From: Marsupella aquatica
Taxonomy: Eukaryota; Plantae; Marchantiophyta
Reading direction: 5' to 3'
DNA: 64,000 bases
Assembly (NCBI GenBank): GCA_973895155.1
Contig: OZ316893.1
Coordinates: forward strand, 21,374,955-21,438,954
Shown: positions 38,277 to 51,696 of the stretch, in pieces
Numbering within the stretch: position 1 is the stretch's first letter
Layout of the letters: every line of letters begins with the position of its first letter
Made by a program: the position numbers and the translations under genes
The notes under the pieces: model-generated
The model's database searches: none
Seen by the model: only the letters and a program-made list of their open reading frames with translations
What the model was told of the DNA's origin: nothing

Positions 38277-39540
38277 ATGGTTTCGGAGGTGAGGACAGTT
38301 GAGCTGGTGATCGGTTCAGCCACTGATTTGAAGAAGGTCAAGAAATTCGGGAGCGCGAAGCAGAGATGCTACGCTGTGGCGTACATCTACGCGGCGCAGA
38401 GGCAGGCCACCCATGCTGACGATTCTGGCGGAGTGAACCCAACCTGGAATGCGCCTTTGCCTCTCACATGCTACGAGACCGACCTGTATCCCGACGGCAG
38501 CAGTGGCAGCGGCTGGGCCAACCCATCCTCATCCTCCTCTTCGTCCTCTCGGGCTATCACCATCGACATCTACGCCCGCAGCAGCGGTTATTTCAGCAGT
38601 GGTGACAAGCTCGTCGGCACTGTGGCCGTTCCCCTTCAGTACATCGCTTCTGCAGTGCAAGTGACGAACCTCCAAACGATGACGTTTGATGTGCGCCGGC
38701 CATCGTCCGGCAAGGTTCAGGGCAAGCTCAACCTGATTGCGAAGCTGGGACCAAAACACGCCCTCATCGGAAGCCCTGCACCTCTTCAACAACAAATGCC
38801 GTCCTACGCGTATCATAGGAGCAAGGTCAGTAAAGATCACAGTTCCACTCCTCTTTTCGTCTCATCTCGCCTCTCCCAGAGGACAAAAGAACAACGGATC
38901 AGTCATGAATTGAATTCTGTTAGCTAATGTTCATCAGTCTAATCCTATTCGTTTTGAAAGCTGAGTTTCCCAATACTGGCTGTAGAAATTTGTCAAGGAA
39001 CCTCATGAATTCTTTGCACCTTTTGTGGAACTAATGAAACAAGAAAGTGGTCACCTGGGTCCAGTGTTGTTTAATCGTTCACTTGAGGCGAGGACTGGGT
39101 CCTGTTCTGCATTGGGTATGAACCTTCTTCACATTCTTAGCTTTGGTCCATTTTCTGATAAATGTGGTTATCGCCAGGTGGAGAATTCTCCCATGATGCC
39201 TCCTCTCGTCACAAGCTACAGCACGGCATCGAGGGAACCCTCTGCTCTAGCTGTTTATGATCCTAATCTGAACACTTTTGGCCAGAAAGAGGTGGTCACT
39301 GGGTATCCTGCCTCAGGCTATCAATTTGCTCCTTTGGGGCCACTGCCAGCACCAGGGCAGGGACAGCTACAATTACAGGCACCCTATGTTGTTCAAACAC
39401 CTATGACTCGCCGACAAAAACGACAAGCCCGCCGTGCTCAAAGGGCTGCAGATCCTAGGCGGAGGGCAGTGAGAAGGAAACGCATGAAAATGGGTGCAAT
39501 GATTGTTGGAGGGATCATCTTGGGGTTTATACTTTTGTGA
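38277..39540 (+). CDS. C2-domain protein (SRC2/BAP-like) with Pro/Gln-rich region, basic stretch and C-terminal hydrophobic tail
   Basis: Exons 38277-38825 and 39178-39540. C2 motifs VELVIGSATDLKKV, THADDSGGVNPTWN, DKLVGTVAVPL, FDVRRPSSGKVQGKLNL; tail RRKRMKMGAMIVGGIILGFILL. Confidence 0.9.
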
Positions 39541-41011
39541 GAAGGATGGAAATCAAGACATCTTCTGTTTGGGTGGATTCTTGGAAGTGCTACACCCCAT
39601 CATCCATCACCTTGGCCTGGGTTCCTTGTGAGGACCAAAGGAAGGAGTGCGATATGCAAAGAGTTGGTGACAGAACGGTCTATAGTTTGCTTCTCACAGA
39701 TACTTGTATCATAAGAAAATGAAGATTGTAATTTATATTCAAATGTACTTCTGTGGAATGATACACAATTATGAAACAGAGATACGATAGGAGAGCGCTT
39801 CAAACAGACAAACGAAAGGAGAGCGCTCCTGCATACGATACAAGGCCAATAGAGATGCCAGTTTATGCATTGTTAATAGACGGAATGATTTCAAACGATG
39901 GGATCATTTCACGCTGTCAGTAGATATCTGTATATTTTCATTGGAAAGGGGAGTCCCCCAAGCTTAAGAACATGTAGGGCTGGAGTTCTCTGATCATTCA
40001 GATCTGGTAATCATGCAGTCCATGATAAGTACAGTGGACAATCTGAACGAAAGAAATCTTCGTGTCTAAAGTTGTGATTTGTCTGGTGCCCCTCGGGGCA
40101 GCATTTTATTGTTCACAGACCAAGTATTCTTTCATATTGACTAATCAGTGTTCCCTGAACCCGTCTCTAAAGAGCATATGTTTGAGGTGGTCATATCAGT
40201 TGCATATCAGTTGAGTATTGTGAGATGAAGAAAACAACGCGGTCTAAGGCACAGCACATAACATGTCTTCACAGACTGTGAGTTAACAATAGTTGATTTC
40301 AGAAGGATTCCAACTATCTCTGAAAGCAACTTGTTTGATCTAATAGCCCTTTGGATCAAAGAAGACTCCCTTGCTGGTGGTATTTGATCGTCTAACTTAG
40401 GACAAATTGTTATTGCTTTTTCAGAAGTTGTGGAGACCTGAGAAAAAGAAAACCAGGATGGATTGTCGAAATGCGAGTAATTACTCACATTATTTTGCTA
40501 TATGTGTTTTATAAGCATTTACCCTTTTTGAGGAAGAGCAGCAAAGACATGCACTTTATAAGAGCACTCCCATGGGTGCCCAGTAAACTAACTCGTCATT
40601 GCCTACATTGATGAGGAACTTTTGATGGAGGCAACGGGCCCCTCCCCCCTGTAGTGTACCCCACCAATCATGCCCTAAAAATGTGACTCTTTCGAGCAAC
40701 AATGGAAGCTGGGACCACTGTGCTCCTTATGAGCCATCTGATTAAATCTCCTGTGATGGGTCTCAATGGTTGCATTGGGATGCGGTCAACTGCAGGCCCA
40801 CTCCCCACTCCCTTTTGGAGGGGAGGAGTGGCGTGTTAGGCTCAAAAAAAGGTGGGGCTGGGAGACTCAGTTACCTACAGTGGAGGCCAGTGCAGAAACA
40901 TTTTGGCTCCAAAGGGTAGGACTGGCCTGCTAGGCTTAAAAGAAAGGTGAGGCCATGAGACACAGTTAGAGTGGAGGCATTCCAAGATGCTAACAGGCAT
41001 CCAGGCAGAGC

Positions 41012-41395
41012 AATGGGAGTGCTCTAACAGACACCCAATGCCACAAGCTAACCTAGCGGACACCCTAGTGTCAAAAGGAAAGGAAGTACCACATAAATAA
41101 ATGCAATAATATATCATAAAGCATCTGGGTCTGTTTGGCAGACAGGTGGGAGTGCTCTAAAATCTCTTTGGTAGAGCCGTGGGAGTGCTCTAACATCTCT
41201 TTGGTAGAGCCGTGGGAGTGCTTTAATAGACACCCATTGGCACAGGCTAAGCTAACTGTCAGTCTAGTGTCAAGAGGAAAGAAGTACCATCTAAATGCAA
41301 TGATATACTTTAATAGACACCCAATGGCACAGGCTAAGCTAGCTGAAAACCTATTGTCAAAAGGAAAGAAGCACCACATAAATGCAATGATTTAT
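41012..41395. repeat. Composite tandem repeat (three ~90-bp-type units and 32-bp units), probably TE-derived
   Basis: agacacccaatg.cacag.ctaa.cta...gtcaa..ggaaag.ag.accac at about 41030, 41228 and 41315; gtgggagtgctctaa.atctctttggtagagcc with a 32-bp period at 41146-41223. Confidence 0.8.
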
Positions 41396-42902
41396 CATGA
41401 CGCATGTGGAACCAACAGCTGAATAGCTTCTCATCACTACAGTAGATGTATATTTCCAATGCACAGGTAAGATTGGATGAAACCTCCCTACCCACACCAT
41501 GAATTTTTAGAAAGCAAACGTCAACAATTTGCTCAAGAAGTATTATCACTGGCCCTGATGTTGCAACAATCTTGGAGAGGATGGGGACAGTGTGCATAAG
41601 GTGGCTTTACAAGAAGTATGGGACCATTGCTCTTTTTAGTCCCTCTGAGATTAATCTGGACCATATACTGAGTGGATACAGCTGCAGTTGGCTTTACAAA
41701 GAAAAGGGGTTGGGGGGGCATCCAGGTATACTGAGCTGACATGGCACACATGGGGACATGGTGTTGACTGATCCTACATGGCACATGGGTGCAATGAGAT
41801 GCTGATGTGGAGTGCTTATTAGCTCAAAACATCTCCAAACTTTGGCTTAATCATTCAAGCTGTTTGCTTGCTAGATGTTGATAAGTCCATTTTTACATCG
41901 AGATTCTTAAAATATTTTTGAAATATGCTTTGTGAAAGCAGGATCTTGTTTTTCAAGTCAAAAAATGAAATGTAGAGAAAACATTCAAGGACTTGCACTA
42001 TTATCTGGAACTAGAGTTCCACTCTAGGCAAAACATTTAAGGGCTTGTCATATAAATAATCCGGAAAGATGGTTTTGTTTTAGAATTGCAAACTTAATAG
42101 TCCTTACAGATGTAACATACCGTCATATCCACATCAGACCAAAGTGCTTTGCCACCTTACCCTACAATGCCCAACACTAAAGAGAACCCTACCTAGCAAA
42201 TAAAATCAACCAAACACTATAACACACCCTGGAAGAATATGGAAGGGAGTTCATCTTCATATCTCCTCTGTGGATCCTGGCCAATCGAGGGCTGAGATCA
42301 GCCCTGAGACACGTAAATCTTTCCTGAATTTTTTCCTTGTATTTGTGTACAAGGTTATGAGGCATTACCCCGGGTGAAACCACAGAACCTGGGCCAGCCT
42401 GGCCTGGGAATTATGAAACTTGAATGAGAAACAGAGTAAAGTGCTAGTGACGGGATGAGAATTTTCCTATATTCTGAACTGAATGTAGTGTAAAAATTCA
42501 CTCCACTCTGTAACTCATCCCACTTGGGGATTACAGCCCTTAACCCCCTCATGGGGATGGGTTACCCTACCTAATAACCCCTAGCTAGCAGATAACATCA
42601 TCCACAAATAACACCTCATCTGAAAGAAAATTGACGGGAGTGCCGTACCGGCCGAGCATCTTCATATCTCAGCCGTGGATCGTCGCCGATCGAGGGCGGA
42701 GATCATCCCTTACAAACTATCTCCCGCGAATTTTCGGACTCGGGGCATTTATTGATTATCCTCTATTACGGTACCAGGAACTATTAATTACGATAACTGG
42801 GTTCTTAATCTCGTTCCGCAGAAGTGCGAGCGTCACAATGCGGTGCTAATTCAGTATATAAGTAAATATTAAGTGCGCACTAATCCCGCTTTCGGAGATA
42901 TA

Positions 42903-43012
42903 TCTCTCTCTCTTTGGTTTTCTCGGCAAACAGTTTGTCATCTCTTTCTTTTCTCTCTCTGTGTCTGTCCCTTGTCTGTGGGTCTCTTGTCTGTGGGTCT
43001 CTTGTCTGTGGG
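42903..43012 (+). repeat. CT-rich tract and three 15-bp repeats in the probable 5' UTR of the TRF-like gene
   Basis: tctctctctc tracts; tgtctgtgggtctct repeated. Confidence 0.6.
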
Positions 43013-44442
43013 TATGGCTTCTCCTCTGGATCGTCCTCTGTTCTGATTCGGCACACAGATCAGCAGCAGCTGCCGAGGGAGGAGCATCAATTGAGTACAG
43101 AAGCATGCAGTACTCGGATAACGAAAAATTGGAGCAGTTTTGTCGTCCGTTTCTTTCTCAGGGAGGGAGGTGGAAGCGTGGAGAGGAGGAATTGATTTGT
43201 TGATTGATTGGCTTAGGAAGAGGAAGAGGAAGGGGAGGAGCAGTTGGGAATGAAGAATTGCGGAGCACGAGTGCTCCTTGATTGAGAATTTGATCAGGTT
43301 CGTGGTCTAGGGTGCGGAATTTCATCAGTTTTGGGGTCCCAGAGGCGTTCGGTTGTGGACTTATTAGGTCAAAGGGGCGCTGCATTGATTGGGCCAAATT
43401 AATTCCTCCCCTTCGTGCCTGTGGATTGATTGTCCGGTCTTTTAATCTTCTTGGGGACATCCACTATGCTTTGCTATCTTCCGTTGTTGTCCTTCTGATT
43501 CTCCGCCGCCGGACTTGAACAATAGCTTCTTTTTGGCTATATCCCTTTCTTTTCCACTTTCACTCTTACTTTCGGTGTTCATTCGTGGTCCCCCCCTGTT
43601 TTCTCGCTTCTCGTGCGGGAATTTATGGATTGATTTTCGGACTTGTTGTGTGTTAATCTAATGTTCAGCAATAACAGAATGCGAATTTGCATAATCTTTC
43701 CAACTTTTCCTTTTTAAGAATTTTGGTTTCTTTCTGTTTTTACAAGAAAGTCAGTCCCTTCGCCGTGGATCCATATCTTAGTCCTTTGGCAATTGCAATC
43801 TTTGCTTGTAAAGAAGTGCTAGAGTGCTGAAAGGGACGTTGCCGCTGAGCCCTCTGACTGTGCTCGCTCATCGCATTCGCACTGAGCTCGTCTTCTTGTC
43901 ATAGTAAGTACTTTGACTTGACAGAATGCCAAAGATTCTGGAGAACTAGTTAATGTATCGAAGTCACTGTCCAGTACGATCTCAAATGAAATGGATTCTT
44001 GGTGTGGTTGAAGCGTTCGAGTCTCTGCCTTATCTTGACATCTTGATAATAATATGTTCGATTGGCTTCTGGCCTCCCCTTCACCTACTGTGTTCTTATC
44101 CTGTTGATGAGAACGTGGATCAAAGGTGGGGTCAGTCCAGTAAATACTCTGAGAAGGAGTTAACCAACGGCGAGTGTCCCTGCCCTTTGTGAAAATTACA
44201 ATTCCATTTGATCGTCACTGTGCTTGAACGGAATGCCATCGTGACAGCTTAGCAACGGAGCTCGCATATTGCTCAATACTTTATTTTTTGTTTCAGAATT
44301 TATCATTCTTCTTTGCTCATGGATGCTTCTTGAGTATTACAGCATTATGTTGGGATACATTAAGAATTGACTTTCAGAGAGAGTCGTGAAATGCTTTGGG
44401 TGTCGTTGAGTGTGCAGATCTCATCTATGCTCTTTTCCAGCC

Positions 44443-47400
44443 ATGCTGGATTTAGCTTGCAGCACGGAAGTAGTTGGAAAACTACCAACAAAGTCGGCCG
44501 AAGATGGGGCAGGTTCATTACTTGTGGAGAAGGTTGCACAAGAGGAAATCGTGGATCCACTGTACGAAATGATTAAGGTAGGTCAATCTTATCCCCTAAC
44601 TTGGGCCTTTCAGATTACTTCTTTGGCTTGTGATTATTGGGTTTGATTACTAAGGTCAAGTACAGCTTCACTTTGTACAGCCTACTTTGCTGTAGGAATC
44701 GATTACTTTGAAGCGCTCCCTTTGTTTCATCTTGTAACTTTTTTGCTGTATTTGGTGACAGGATGGTGACGTTGGGACACTGCTGCAATCAACAGAGGAT
44801 GCAGTTACAGAGCCTCACTCGTTAGTCCTTGTTGGATCGGATCCGTCTGGCAGTTATGGAAATGAGGAGCATGAACAAGGATTCATGGACCAAGATTCTG
44901 ATGAGGGTGCCAAGGAGAAAGATGATTCTGCTTGTAAAGATTACACCCTTGCTGATTCTGAGATTAATTAGTGTACTCCAGTTGGATGTATTTTAGGCTC
45001 TTAAGAGCGATATAGCCTAGATTGTCTTGCTTTTCAATCAATGTCAGTTCGTACTTGTGGTTAGAGTTTACTTTTACACATATCGTAGTAGACCCTTGAT
45101 TTCTTAGCTTTGCTCAACAGCACTTGGTGTGTAGGGGAAGTGGGAGGTTATTGACAATGTACGTGTCTTCTCTGTTCCAGTCCTTTCAGAATCAGATGAT
45201 CCGGCGGCTGAGAGGAGTGAACTGATGGCACAGATAAAGGTATGATATCAGCCGAACTCTTCCTAAAACCGCATGGAGTATGAGCTTCGGAATGATTCAG
45301 GAAAAGTTTCTACGAAAGTTGGTTTCTAAGCTTCGTGCACTGTTGAACCTGATGTGACATCTAGTCTCGTGCACGTGTTCCAAGCAGTAATCTTGTATAT
45401 AAGAAGACTAGATTGGGAAAGATTTCGTCTTTGGTCGCCGAGCTTTGTCAGAATTTCAGATGCTGGGTGAGTGAGGCCTACCCGTCGAATCCTTGGTGAG
45501 GAGTAGCAAATGTAATTTGATTGTGATTTTCAAATATGGGCAAATAAGCGAGCAAACCTCCAATGACTTCAGGTTTTGGATGCCATGCTCCGAAAAATTG
45601 AAGCTGAAGAACAGCAGCGTGCGCAATTGGAAGGTCCGGTGGTCGATGCCAATGCTAATGACTTCGCTTCAAGGTCTGTGCACATTGATCATAGCGTTGG
45701 TCATAAAAGACAACGCCGTCCCAACCCAAAATATTTTGACACGGAGATTGACGCTGATTTTCTCGCTCCTGGGAGCTTTCCTTCAGTGGCATGTCTTACG
45801 AACCCTGAAGAAGAACTACCAGGAGCTATGGGCTTCTCCGATTGCCAGTCTCTGCAAATTGTAGGGAATGAACTAAATTATAAGCATGCTCCATCAATAC
45901 CACGTGCCACTGTCCCGAGCTTCTTTGATCATTGCTCTGGCCGTCCAGCAGGCACCCACCGTGCTCGGACTGCACTTGCACAGAAACCTCGTGTGTTCTC
46001 TACTGCCGAGGGTCCTGCAAGGGTTAATGTAAAAAGTGACAGCTACTTAGACAACCTATCAATTAGAGAGCTTCATGAGGCCTACAGAAGGACTTTTGGT
46101 AGAGATACTTCAGTGAAAGACAAGCATTGGTTGAAACGACAAATCTTGACAGGTAAACAGAATGAGTCGAGCATTGGCAAGGAAAACAGTAAAGCTAATG
46201 CCCCTTCACCGGAGACTGCTGTGAAGGTAAGGCTGGAGAAGCGCTCCCCTGCAGAGGTACCACTGTCTAAAGTTGAGAACCTTGGTAGAACTGAAGGGAC
46301 CCTACCCAGTCCTGGTGCTTCACTTGATGCAAAGAAATCTCATTGTAAAACACTCTCACTTGCGTCTCTATCACCTTCAGCTCCACCAAAGTCCTCTCCA
46401 GTTGAAAGTAGACAGGCGCTCAATGCAGTCGGTAATGCCGATGATACTATGGAAGTTCAAAAGAATGAAACCCAAGTTTGCGGTAAGAGACTTCGGAAGC
46501 CCAACCGCAGGTACATTGAGGATGAAGGAGATGAGAGCCTGAGTGCAATGGCCAATGGAAGCCAATCAATATTGAGCACGTTGTTAAGTGCAGGCAGTGG
46601 ACTTCGGCCACGTACACTAAGGCTCTCTTGGAGGAGTGATGAGGAGGTTGCTGGAGATGGGTACAGGAATGGTTCTTTGCGAACCAGTGGCTTACGAGTC
46701 ACAACTAGATCGAGTACTTGTCATGGACGACGAAGCAAGCATGGAAGCAATAGCATGGTCAGTGGACTGGTTGCTCTTGAGATTTGAAAGTATACAAAGT
46801 TTTAGAAAAGCCAAAGGTGCCACACATGTCGATGTTATCGCAATGCAACTTTTAATTGCCTGTCTTTTAAGCTGATTCTCAACTGTTTGGATCCCAGACT
46901 GCATTCCTTTTCAAACCATCTTTTTCAAGAGGCAGTTCAGCATGCGAACTTTTGATGTGATGTGTGGATAAATATTCAGCGAGGATTACTGCACGATAAG
47001 AACGCAATCGATCTCAGCACCGATCTATAGTATCTTGCTTCTACTGACATTATCTTCAGGGTTTGTTGGCCATTAGTGTAGTATCAGCTACTGCCACGCA
47101 AAAAGAATGTTTAGACATCTGTGATTCATGTCATCGCAGAAGCGAAAGACAGAAGGACGAGCAGCAAAGCTTGTGAAAATGGCACATTCAGCTCGAGCGT
47201 CAAGGCTTGATGCGGATGGTACGGTACGCAAAGTGAAATTTAGGCTACCTGCGGCTCCTGGTCAGGATAAGGTAAATAGTTCATCGCAGTAGGATTTCTT
47301 TTTAAGAATGGCTTTGGGATCATCTGATTTTATATTGTAATTTCATACACCAGTCAAATGACAGTTTCTCTTAGGATCAAGCTTGTAAGGTGACCTCAGA

Positions 47401-48485
47401 AGTATCTTTTTAACAGGGTGAGGTGCTGAACGGTGGAGTCGGGGAACAAGTCTCATGCTTGCTGCCAGTATTGACTGATGAGTCTTCTGAAGACTACCAA
47501 ATCCTCAGCTCTCATTATCTCACCAGGCTGGAGGATACTAGTGACCAGGCCGTGGTCACAGTCCCAACAGCTAATGGTGGGACAAGACGCAAACACCACC
47601 GGCCATGGACATTGCGAGAGGTTGTCACTCTCGTGGAAGGGGTAGCCAGGTGTGGAGGTGGGAAGTGGGCAGACATCAAGAAGCTTGCATTTTCTGCGGT
47701 TGGATATCGAACAGCTGTTGACTTGAAGGTTAGATCCTTCTTCTTTTTCAAATTTCAACGCATTCTAATTTTATTTCATACCGATTGGATCAACTTCAAA
47801 CGTCGACCATTTCGAGCTATTGAAACTCAGTTTCAACTTTGTTCATTTAAAGGAGAACATGCTGAATGAAGGTGAATTCTGAAATGGCCTCTGATAACTG
47901 ACAAGCTGCAAACGTATGTCACATTGTTGGATCACCTTCATCGGACTGATAGGATAAGTGGCGAAATCTCTTACGAGCAAGCCGGGCACAACTGCATCCA
48001 CCGAAACAGGTTCCGCTCCACTCATTCCATTCCAAATTCAGTTAAGAAAGACCAACTAAGTATGAAGGATAAATACGCGAAGGGCTAGTTAAGGGCTCTC
48101 TACAAGGATTGAATTTCTGCTCTGCAATCTACTGCTGGACTTGTTAGAGGCTCTAACTCTGGTCAGACCCGGGTAAAAGCTTGATGAGGTTAAGTGATAG
48201 TGCGTTTCAATATGTGGGAGCATCATGGGGCTTTTCTGAAGTCTGGTAGTAAGTCGAGATAGGCATCGCACTTTGTTCTTTAGATTCCCACATGTCATCG
48301 TACTAATAACTTCTAATCGATTTTTCGAGCAGGGTGAAACGCGCAAGAAGCAGTTTTCAGCCTCAATTCCGAGCCATATTCTCGCTAGAGTGCGTGAACT
48401 TGCTGCTCTTAACAATCAAATTATACCAGCCGCCAGTGTTGCAACGAGCGCAAGTAGAAGCGGGCGAACTGTACATAGACGATAG
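44443..48485 (+). CDS. TRF-like (telobox-Myb) protein, similar to the TRFL8 group
   Basis: Approximate exons 44443-44577, 44762-~44933, 45181-45239, 45573-46757, 47139-47271, 47417-47728, 47953-48009, 48333-48485. Motifs LDNLSIRELHEAYRRTFGRDTSVKDKHWLKRQI, KRLRKPNRRYIE, and the Myb RKHHRPWTLREVVTLVEGVARCGGGKWADIKKLAF..VGYRTAVDLKDKWRNLLRAS followed by IPSHILARVRELA. The exon 2 donor is uncertain. Confidence 0.92.
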
Positions 48486-49521
48486 TGACAATGAAATTCT
48501 GTCGCATGTAATTTAATTCCCAGAATCCTGAACTATGTAGATATTAAGGTAGCCAATTTAAATCACACCCGTAAACAAACCAAACAACTACCAATATACA
48601 TGTCCTACATTCTAAAATAGGCCTTTATAAATACTGTAATATAGACTGTTAAGCTCCTCCCGGTGACAATGCTTTAGAATAGGTTTTTTGGCATCCTAGG
48701 GGCTGTCCTTTTTCAGGAATTGTACATTTGATAGTATTGAATATAAACACCCCGCAAATAGCGGGGACAAGGTCACAAGAGTCCTCGGTTCTGAGTAAAG
48801 CTGGCGCACTCCTTGCAGCAGTTCTAATTGCAAAGGGATGGATGCGCACGTCTGGGGACTGGAAAAGTGAAGGCTGAACAGTGAAACTAAAGCTGATGAT
48901 GGCCCACAACCGTCTATAAATTCCTGTCAATTGGTGGTACCAAAGAACGCTGGGTGCATCCAAGTTCCTGCTCGCAAGGAAACATGATGATTGAGATGAG
49001 TAATCAAGACGGTTTGAGAGTTTTACAACTGTGACATAGTAGACTTTTCCAGATTGTGCGGATGGCTCTGAGCAAGTACACTTTGCTATTTGCCTTGTCT
49101 TTGAGATACTGTGCTTGTGAAAGCTTGTATTTCCTGAAGATCAAGGGGATAGAGGACGAGCCCGAGGACACACACCTCGACCCACTTATCTCGCATCTCA
49201 TACTTCACACCACCTCCATCAGGTTTAGTGCATTTACAGAATGAATCCTGGAACGGCATAATCTTATATTGGCGACATATATTGTCTTCTCATCTCTTCC
49301 CTGGCGAAAACCATAATATGCTGTCTGTACTACAGAAAATGAACCCTTAAAATTAGCAGCTTAAGGGTGAGCTTTGGAGCGATACTTTTCTTTCTAAAAT
49401 CAGCAGCTAAAGGTGACCTTTGGAGCGACGTGTGTAGGGGTTTCATTAGGTTCTACTTAGATGTAACGCATCGGAATCTCAGTAAATTCCATTCCAGCCA
49501 TTTTCGTTAGAAGTAGACTCG

Positions 49522-49739
49522 CAACTTTGACAATTCCAACTTTTACGGCACAGAGGACTTTGACACTCAGTTGGGATTACAAATCAAATTATAGGAACTT
49601 GTAGGCGAATGAAACCAAGGGTATGGCGCACAACTTTGACAATTCCAACTTTTACGGCACAGAGGACTTTGACACTCAGTTGGGATTACAAATCAAATTA
49701 TAGGAACTTGTAGGCGAATGAAACCAAGGGTATGGCGCA
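49522..49739. repeat. 109-bp perfect tandem duplication
   Basis: caactttgacaattccaac...gtatggcgca at 49522 and 49631. Confidence 0.93.
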
Positions 49740-50492
49740 CTTCCATTTGTCCTGGTTAAAGCCAACGGAACGGCAAGAGTTTTCCAGTTCATCCAGAGGT
49801 TATATCAAATTGTAACTAATTCAAAAGAATTCGTGAACTCGAACTCTTGATATAGAATTGGACCGTGCAAGAACTCACTCAGAGATGAACAAACCGGTTA
49901 TCTCACCCGAAAGAATTCTCGATTCCAAGAACAGTATATACCTACTGGCTTGGACAAGCTCCGCTCATAGAATGATTTACTTCGAAGTACAATTGCTGAA
50001 ATCTTTCATAAGGCTTCGCACCGCGTCTGCGAACCATGATCAGATAGTGGGGTATAATTCAAAAGATCTGATGAAGACTTAATATCTCGTGTAGTATCTC
50101 TTGAAATCACCAATGGACTAGATTAAGGGTTCAATGCATCACCGCGACAAAAGTGTGGCGTGCTTCATTATGTGGCAATAACCTAGTTTTCAGTAAGTAC
50201 ATCCACTTCCGTCACTCCGACTAAGACGGGTGCACAATTCATGTCCATGCAAACAGGAGTCGTAAGAGACGATACAATACCAAGTCAAGACTTGGCCTTA
50301 CATTATGTCGTGTCCAGCTGCCAGTGGTTATCTCTCAACTACCGACAAAATCATTTGGCTCCCGTGAAATCATGGGTGAGCCTGCTATACCACCGTCAGC
50401 CATGTCTCATGCTTCCATTTACAATCTACTCAAGTCTCAGACTAAAAGTAAGTGGGTAAAAATCCACCAACATGGACGCTGCTGCACTCCGT

Positions 50493-51524
50493 TTACTTCT
50501 CGGAAGAGTTAGGGCCACGCTTCTTTCCGAAGCCAACAACTGAAACAACAGAAAAGCGGCATTAGTAAACCAGACCCTACATGGCTCCCAACTCTGCATC
50601 TAAGCGGGAGACCCTTAAATCCACACAGATAGACTGTAACAGAACAATACAAAACAAACAACTTCATTGGACCTTCTCAGCCACGAGAAGGTTTCCAACC
50701 TAATTTACAATTCACGAACACCAGACCAACAGGTCAAGCAGCGCCCACAGTTTCGACAAATCGCTTCACGCAAATGGCACGAGTGTCAGAAGCCAACCAT
50801 CGTCGACTGATTGATATGCATAGGGCAGAAAAACTCACCGGCCGTCACGAACCGTCTGTTGTATTGGATGCGCTTGTGAGCCCTACCCTTGGGAGTCTTT
50901 TTCTTATCCTGCTTCTGGACCTTGGGCGTCTGGCCCCTGACCTTGCCAGCTCGGGCGAGGGATCCGTGAACCTTACCTATCGTTGTTCAATTACCACCAA
51001 CCAGCGTTAAGGAAACCACCAATAACATCGTCGACACATTTTACAACAAACACCACAACTCAAACATCTCCGTCACGAACTCCATCAGACAAACTGAAGA
51101 CTCGGTAATATCACCATTAGCAGTGCCGCCGACACCAACGAAACCCCCGCACAATAAGAAAGACACTAAGAAGAAGGAACGACCAGAACGCATACGTCTA
51201 GGAACCAAAACGGAAAGCAGGGACAAATCCGACAGAAAGAACGACACCAACGAAACCCCCGCACAATAAGAAAGACACTAAGAAGAAGGAACGACCAGAA
51301 CGCATACGTCTAGGAACCAAAACGGAAAGCAGGGACAAATCCGACAGAAAGAACGACACCAACAACGAAAGACCAGAACCCATTTCTAGAAACGGAAACG
51401 AAACGCATCTCCAGAGAAACCCCACCGAAAGAAAGTGGGCGACAGGGCAAGACGAGAATCGATATTTCCACGAGCGGAAAAAAATAGACAAACACGAAAA
51501 GCCGGAGACAGAGCACTCACTCAT
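50493..51524 (-). CDS. RPS30: 40S ribosomal protein S30 (eS30), 62 aa
   Basis: Exons 51524-51521 (ATGA|gtgagt), 50976-50839 and 50539-50493 total 189 nt and give [62 protein letters not shown]. Confidence 0.97.
51131..51363. repeat. 112-bp perfect tandem duplication in RPS30 intron 1
   Basis: gacaccaacgaaacccccgcac...gacagaaagaac at 51131 and 51243. Confidence 0.93.
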
Positions 51525-51688
51525 GGTGGAAGGTAGGCGTCGAACGGGGGGGCAGAATTCGAGTCGAGGAAGTAGAATCGAATCGAGCGAGCGCAGCGCA
51601 GCGGAAGGAAGAAAGCTGAGAGCACGAAGAAATGAGCGAGAAAGGGCGATGTCGAGCGAGAGTCGAGAGTGATAACTCCGGAACGTCG

Positions 51689-51696
51689 AAACCCTA
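51689..51696 (+). promoter_or_regulatory. Telo-box AAACCCTA in the RPS30 proximal promoter (second copy at 52205-52212)
   Basis: Exact motif about 165 bp upstream of the RPS30 ATG; telo-boxes are established elements of plant ribosomal-protein promoters. Confidence 0.65.

Noticed and set aside
13855-39540. A coordinated defence gene cluster (NB-ARC, secreted glycoprotein, hydrolase, C2 protein)
   Set aside because: Tempting as an accessory island between housekeeping genes, but the sequence shows no shared regulation or linkage; it would need co-expression and synteny data.
41012-41395. CRISPR-like repeat array
   Set aside because: Eukaryotic context, no unique spacers of regular length and no cas genes; an ordinary degenerate tandem repeat.
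50774-51010. 78-aa plus-strand ORF
   Set aside because: Antisense shadow of RPS30 exon 2.
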